Below the pieces are notes generated by a model, which was not told the DNA's origin, ran no database searches, and worked only from the letters and a program-made list of their open reading frames with translations. A stretch of 9,351 nucleotides of DNA from a virus (Duplodnaviria; Heunggongvirae; Uroviricota; Caudoviricetes): the IMG/VR virus record IMGVR_UViG_2713896779_000023, one strand, 5' to 3'. Position 1 is the first letter of the stretch. Each line of letters starts with the position of its first letter. Made by a program: the position numbers and the translations under genes. Shown piece by piece: positions 6,359 through 9,351 of this stretch.

Positions 6359-6577
6359 ATGAAACATTATTTAGAAAAAAATTACCCACGAAAGAGCAGA
6401 ACAACAGAGTTTCTGTTTTTCATTCTGTTTATAGTGTTGATGATACCGATATCCCCGCTATTACTGGTCTGGATAATTGGAAGGACATTTGAACCAGTTA
6501 TTGAGCTATATACCGATGTGACATGGGAATCATTCAGCGCACTGCACAATAAAATTAATCCGTATAAGGAAAACTGA
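6359..6577 (+). CDS. small membrane protein (72 aa, one predicted TM helix)
   Basis: Hydrophobic stretch FLFFILFIVLMIPISPLLLVWIIG. The stop is followed 1 nt later by the ATG of the next gene. Confidence 0.5.
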   Translation: MKHYLEKNYPRKSRTTEFLFFILFIVLMIPISPLLLVWIIGRTFEPVIELYTDVTWESFSALHNKINPYKEN

Positions 6578-6578
6578 T

Positions 6579-7136
6579 ATGAGCACTATTACCAGAGAAC
6601 GCGCGGAGATTAAATCATACATCACAGGCTTCCTGAGCGACTCGGCGCACGATAACAAGTCTTCAGACAGCCTGCTGGCTAATGTGTTTCGTATCGCGCT
6701 GGCATCACTGGAAGCAGAGCCGATAGCAATGGTAGTGCCTGATGAAATGGATTTGCTTACCTGCCATCTCGACGGTGTAACTAAAACATATGCTGATGGC
6801 TGGAACGCCTGCCGCGTCGCCATGCTTCAGGCCGGAAACTTTCGGGAAAATAAGAATTCGTCAACCAACAATTTTCGGGAAATCTCGGAAACGTCAACCA
6901 GATCTCCGATAACTCTGGATGGCTGGATAAGCTGTACTGAGCGAATGCCTGAAAAGAGCCAGAACGTGCTTATTTCGATGAATATCGATAGCGAGGCTGG
7001 GCCATTAATATATTCCGCACGCTATCTCGGAGGCACGTTCCGGCGCGGAGGTATAGCAGTTAGTCCGGGTAATGATCTTAGGCAAGCAACCCACTGGATG
7101 TCGCGACCAGAACCGCCGCAGGAGGTGAATCAATGA
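6579..7136 (+). CDS. DUF551-like prophage protein (185 aa)
   Basis: C-terminal pattern DGWIS...ERMPEK...THWMSRPEPP matches my recollection of the DUF551 conserved region. AAGGA precedes the ATG. Contains an internal imperfect tandem duplication. Confidence 0.6.
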   Translation: MSTITRERAEIKSYITGFLSDSAHDNKSSDSLLANVFRIALASLEAEPIAMVVPDEMDLLTCHLDGVTKTYADGWNACRVAMLQAGNFRENKNSSTNNFREISETSTRSPITLDGWISCTERMPEKSQNVLISMNIDSEAGPLIYSARYLGGTFRRGGIAVSPGNDLRQATHWMSRPEPPQEVNQ

Positions 7137-7216
7137 CCTGGCCTGAAGCATTCACAACGGTAGGAATTGCGATGGCGGTGGCGCTGGTGGTGTATTCGAT
7201 TTGCCGCTGGGGATAA
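7133..7216 (+). CDS. candidate 27-aa hydrophobic micro-protein (MTWPEAFTTVGIAMAVALVVYSICRWG)
   Basis: ATG 7133-7135 overlaps the upstream stop TGA 7134-7136 (ATGA). Single hydrophobic helix. Below the ORF-track length cut-off. Confidence 0.35.
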   Translation: MTWPEAFTTVGIAMAVALVVYSICRWG

Positions 7217-7314
7217 AAACGGTTTGCGGGAAAAGGATAGTTAAGTAGAATTGCTGCGGGTGCTTGAGGCTATCTGCCTCGGGCATGAACACCAACGGCA
7301 GATAGAGAAAAGCC

Positions 7315-7364
7315 NNNNNNNNNNNNNNNNNNNNNNNNNNNNNNNNNNNNNNNNNNNNNNNNNN
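7315..7364. other. run of 50 N (masked or unresolved sequence)
   Basis: Literal n characters. Confidence 1.
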
Positions 7365-7606
7365 ATCGTCATCTGTTTAACCGTCATAGTGACGGCACTG
7401 GTAACGAGGAAAGACCTCTGCGAGGTGCGAATCCGAACCGGTCAGACGGAGGTCGCTGTCTTCGTAGACTACGAATCTGAGAAGTAAGAGACCAGGCGGG
7501 GGAGTAATCTCCCGCCACCTCTGATGTGTCAGGCATCCTCAACGCACCCGCGCTTTACCATACTGAAAATGCTGTTTGAATGTTCATCTCTGAAAGAGGA
7601 CTATGA

Positions 7607-7951
7607 ATGAAAAAGGTATTGATTGCAGCACTTATTTCCGGTGTGTCTTTTGGCGCTTTTGCACAGCAGGGTGGTTTCCAGGGGCCAGAAGCAGAGCGTT
7701 CAACAGTAGCGCAGGCAAAAGAACTGAAGGATGATGCATGGGTTATCCTTGAAGGGAGCATCGTTAAAAAAGTGGGTGATGAACGTTATGAGTTTCGTGA
7801 CAATAGCGGGACAATTGTCACGGATATTGATGACAGCGTATGGGCCGGGCAGAATGTTTCTCCGAAAGACAAAGTAAGAATTGAGGGTGAAATTGATAAA
7901 GACCTGAGCAGTGTTGAAGTTGATGTAAAGGCACTGAAATTATTAAAGTAA
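7607..7951 (+). CDS. YgiW/YdeI (BOF, bacterial OB-fold) family periplasmic protein; moron-like
   Basis: Signal peptide MKKVLIAALISGVSFGAFA followed by QQGGF. Family-typical motifs TVAQAKELKDDAWVILEGSIVKKVGDERYEFRDNSGTI and VRIEGEIDKD. AAAGAGGA precedes the ATG. Own terminator downstream. Confidence 0.8.
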   Translation: MKKVLIAALISGVSFGAFAQQGGFQGPEAERSTVAQAKELKDDAWVILEGSIVKKVGDERYEFRDNSGTIVTDIDDSVWAGQNVSPKDKVRIEGEIDKDLSSVEVDVKALKLLK

Positions 7952-7968
7952 CCGCCCCTGCTTGTTAA

Positions 7969-7998
7969 GCCCGTCTTACTGACGGGTTTTCTGTTTGT
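7969..7998 (+). terminator. rho-independent terminator
   Basis: Stem GCCCGTC (7969-7975), loop TTACT, stem GACGGGT (7981-7987), then TTTTCTGTTT; 18 nt after the stop of the BOF gene. Confidence 0.7.
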
Positions 7999-8072
7999 AC
8001 ATTCCGGCGTATTGCCTTACAATTCGCGCAGTCAGCCTGAACAACTGACACCTGCTGTCACCGGAGAATCCG

Positions 8073-8305
8073 ATGACACAACACATAAAATCCCACAATT
8101 CTGAAGCCGACCCGGAAATTAAGCAGGGGAGGCGTTTTCGTGCGCCTCAGTATGGCTGGTTTCACTATCTGTTCTGTACGATCGATGAGGCAGATATGCT
8201 TCAAGAGGCGTATCTGCGTCGCGGTGTCCGTGTGGAGCGGAGTCTGAACGCTGATCGTCTGACCTGGACCGTTTCTGTATATCTTCCTGTTCGTGCACAT
8301 CTGCC
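8073..8305 (+). CDS. N-terminal fragment of a CDS truncated by the N run; may be the start of the DUF968-like gene
   Basis: GGAG 6 nt before ATG 8073. Protein-like translation MTQHIKSHNSEADPEIKQGRRFRAPQYGWFHYLFCTIDEADMLQEAYLRRGVRVERSLNADRLTWTVSVYLPVRAHL up to the gap edge. Confidence 0.45.
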
Positions 8306-8355
8306 NNNNNNNNNNNNNNNNNNNNNNNNNNNNNNNNNNNNNNNNNNNNNNNNNN
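8306..8355. other. run of 50 N (masked or unresolved sequence)
   Basis: Literal n characters; the frame relation across it is undefined. Confidence 1.
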
Positions 8356-8356
8356 A

Positions 8357-9351
8357 GGTAATGTGCGGGTATTACTTCGACCTGTTCTGGTTCCGGAACT
8401 CGGGCTGGTGGTCCTTAAGCCCGGTCGTGAATCATTGCCAGTTTTTCATCGCGGCAGGGTGCTGGTGGAGCCGGAACCGAAAAACATGCGGGCGCTGCCA
8501 TCTGGAGCGGTTCCTGCTGTTCGCCAGCCGCTGGCGGAAGATAAATCACTGCTGCCATTTTTCAGCGATGAGCGGGTGATTCGTGCAGCTGGCGGCGCTG
8601 GTGCACTGTCTGACTGGTTATTACGTCACGTGAAATCCTGCCAGTGGCCACACGGCGATTATCATCACAGCGAAACCGTTATTCACAGTTACGGTGCTGG
8701 CGCAATGGTGTTGTGCTGGCACTGCGACAACCAGCTGCGCGACCAGACCTCCGAATCACTTGAGCAACTTACTCAACAAAATCTGACAGCCTGGATGATT
8801 GACGTCATACGCCATGTAATGAATGGCACGCAGGAGCGGGAATTATCGCTGGCTGAATTATCCTGGTGGGCAGTCTGCAATCAGGTGGTGGACGCATTAC
8901 CTGAGGCAGTATCGCGTCGTTCTCTGGGATTACCGGCGGAAAAAATCCGCTCCGTATACCGTGAAAGCGACATCATACCGGGAGAACAGACCGCCACCAG
9001 CATACTGAAGCAGCGCACAAAAAATATTGCGCTACCGCCTCACACCCACCAGCAACAGAACCCACCACAGGAAAAGACGGTGGTCAGCATTGCCGTTGAT
9101 CCGGAGTCTCCGGAATCCTTCATGAAACGACCTAAACGTCGCCGCTGGGTAAATGAGAAATACACACGCTGGGTAAAGACACAGCCGTGTGCGTGTTGTG
9201 GTAAGCCAGCGGACGATCCTCATCATCTGATTGGTCATGGTCAGGGTGGAATGGGAACAAAATCCCACGATATTTTCACGCTACCGCTGTGTCGGGAGCA
9301 TCACAACGAGCTTCATGCGGATCCGCTGGCGTTCGAAGAAAAGCATGGTTC
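8357..9351 (+). CDS. DUF968-like protein with C-terminal Cys/His (HNH-like) motif; partial at both ends (gap upstream, window end downstream)
   Basis: Hand translation of the frame starting at 8357 is stop-free to the window end and ends ...RPKRRRWVNEKYTRWVKTQPCACCGKPADDPHHLIGHGQGGMGTKSHDIFTLPLCREHHNELHADPLAFEEKHG. It is missing from the ORF track because it has no in-window stop. The track ORF 8073..8579 continues in the wrong frame after the gap. Confidence 0.7.

Noticed and set aside
6530-6823. Minus-strand ORF of 97 aa
   Set aside because: Antisense to the DUF551-like gene; no RBS.
7251-7487. Plus-strand ORF spanning the second N run
   Set aside because: Frame continuity across the N run is arbitrary and the flanking translation is not convincing.
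7496-7517. GC hairpin as an intrinsic terminator
   Set aside because: No U tract follows on either strand.
7365-7520. Possible tRNA gene
   Set aside because: Searched both strands for a T-arm (GTTCRANYC flanked by a 5-bp stem) and a cloverleaf; GGTGCGAATCC (7426-7436) resembles a T-loop but has no complementary stems.
7555-7761. Minus-strand ORF of 68 aa
   Set aside because: Antisense shadow overlapping the start of the BOF gene.
8058-9268. ORFs 8058..8300 (-), 8073..8579 (+, read through the N run), 8823..9008 (+) and 9032..9268 (-)
   Set aside because: The read-through past the gap is in the wrong frame (Trp/Cys-rich). The others are shadows of the stop-free frame 8357..9351, which carries the DUF968-like Cys/His motif.
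1-9351. CRISPR array, integrase, transposase or IS element, rRNA
   Set aside because: No spacer-interleaved direct repeats, no recombinase or transposase-like ORFs, and no rRNA-like segments were seen.

Overview
This window reads as the early (immunity, replication and nin-like) region of a lambdoid prophage, probably enterobacterial. All calls rest on reading the sequence and the supplied ORF track by eye; no database search was run. Leftward: a cI-like repressor (HTH plus S24 autopeptidase) followed, in the position lambda uses for rexAB, by an AT-rich two-gene module of unrecognised function (one gene partly hidden by an N run). I consider this the best candidate for an undescribed accessory or defence system. 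Rightward: a Cro/YdaS-like HTH gene, a YdaT-like gene at the cII position, an O-like replication initiator carrying two internal GTCACGAC iteron clusters plus a perfect 12-bp tandem repeat, a lambda-P-like helicase loader that overlaps the initiator out of frame, a chain of small translationally coupled genes (one DUF551-like), a YgiW/YdeI (BOF) periplasmic moron with its own terminator, and a DUF968-like Cys/His protein running off the window end. Three runs of exactly 50 N (1412-1461, 7315-7364, 8306-8355) interrupt the sequence and create artefactual ORFs. No rRNA, tRNA, CRISPR array, integrase or transposase could be supported.
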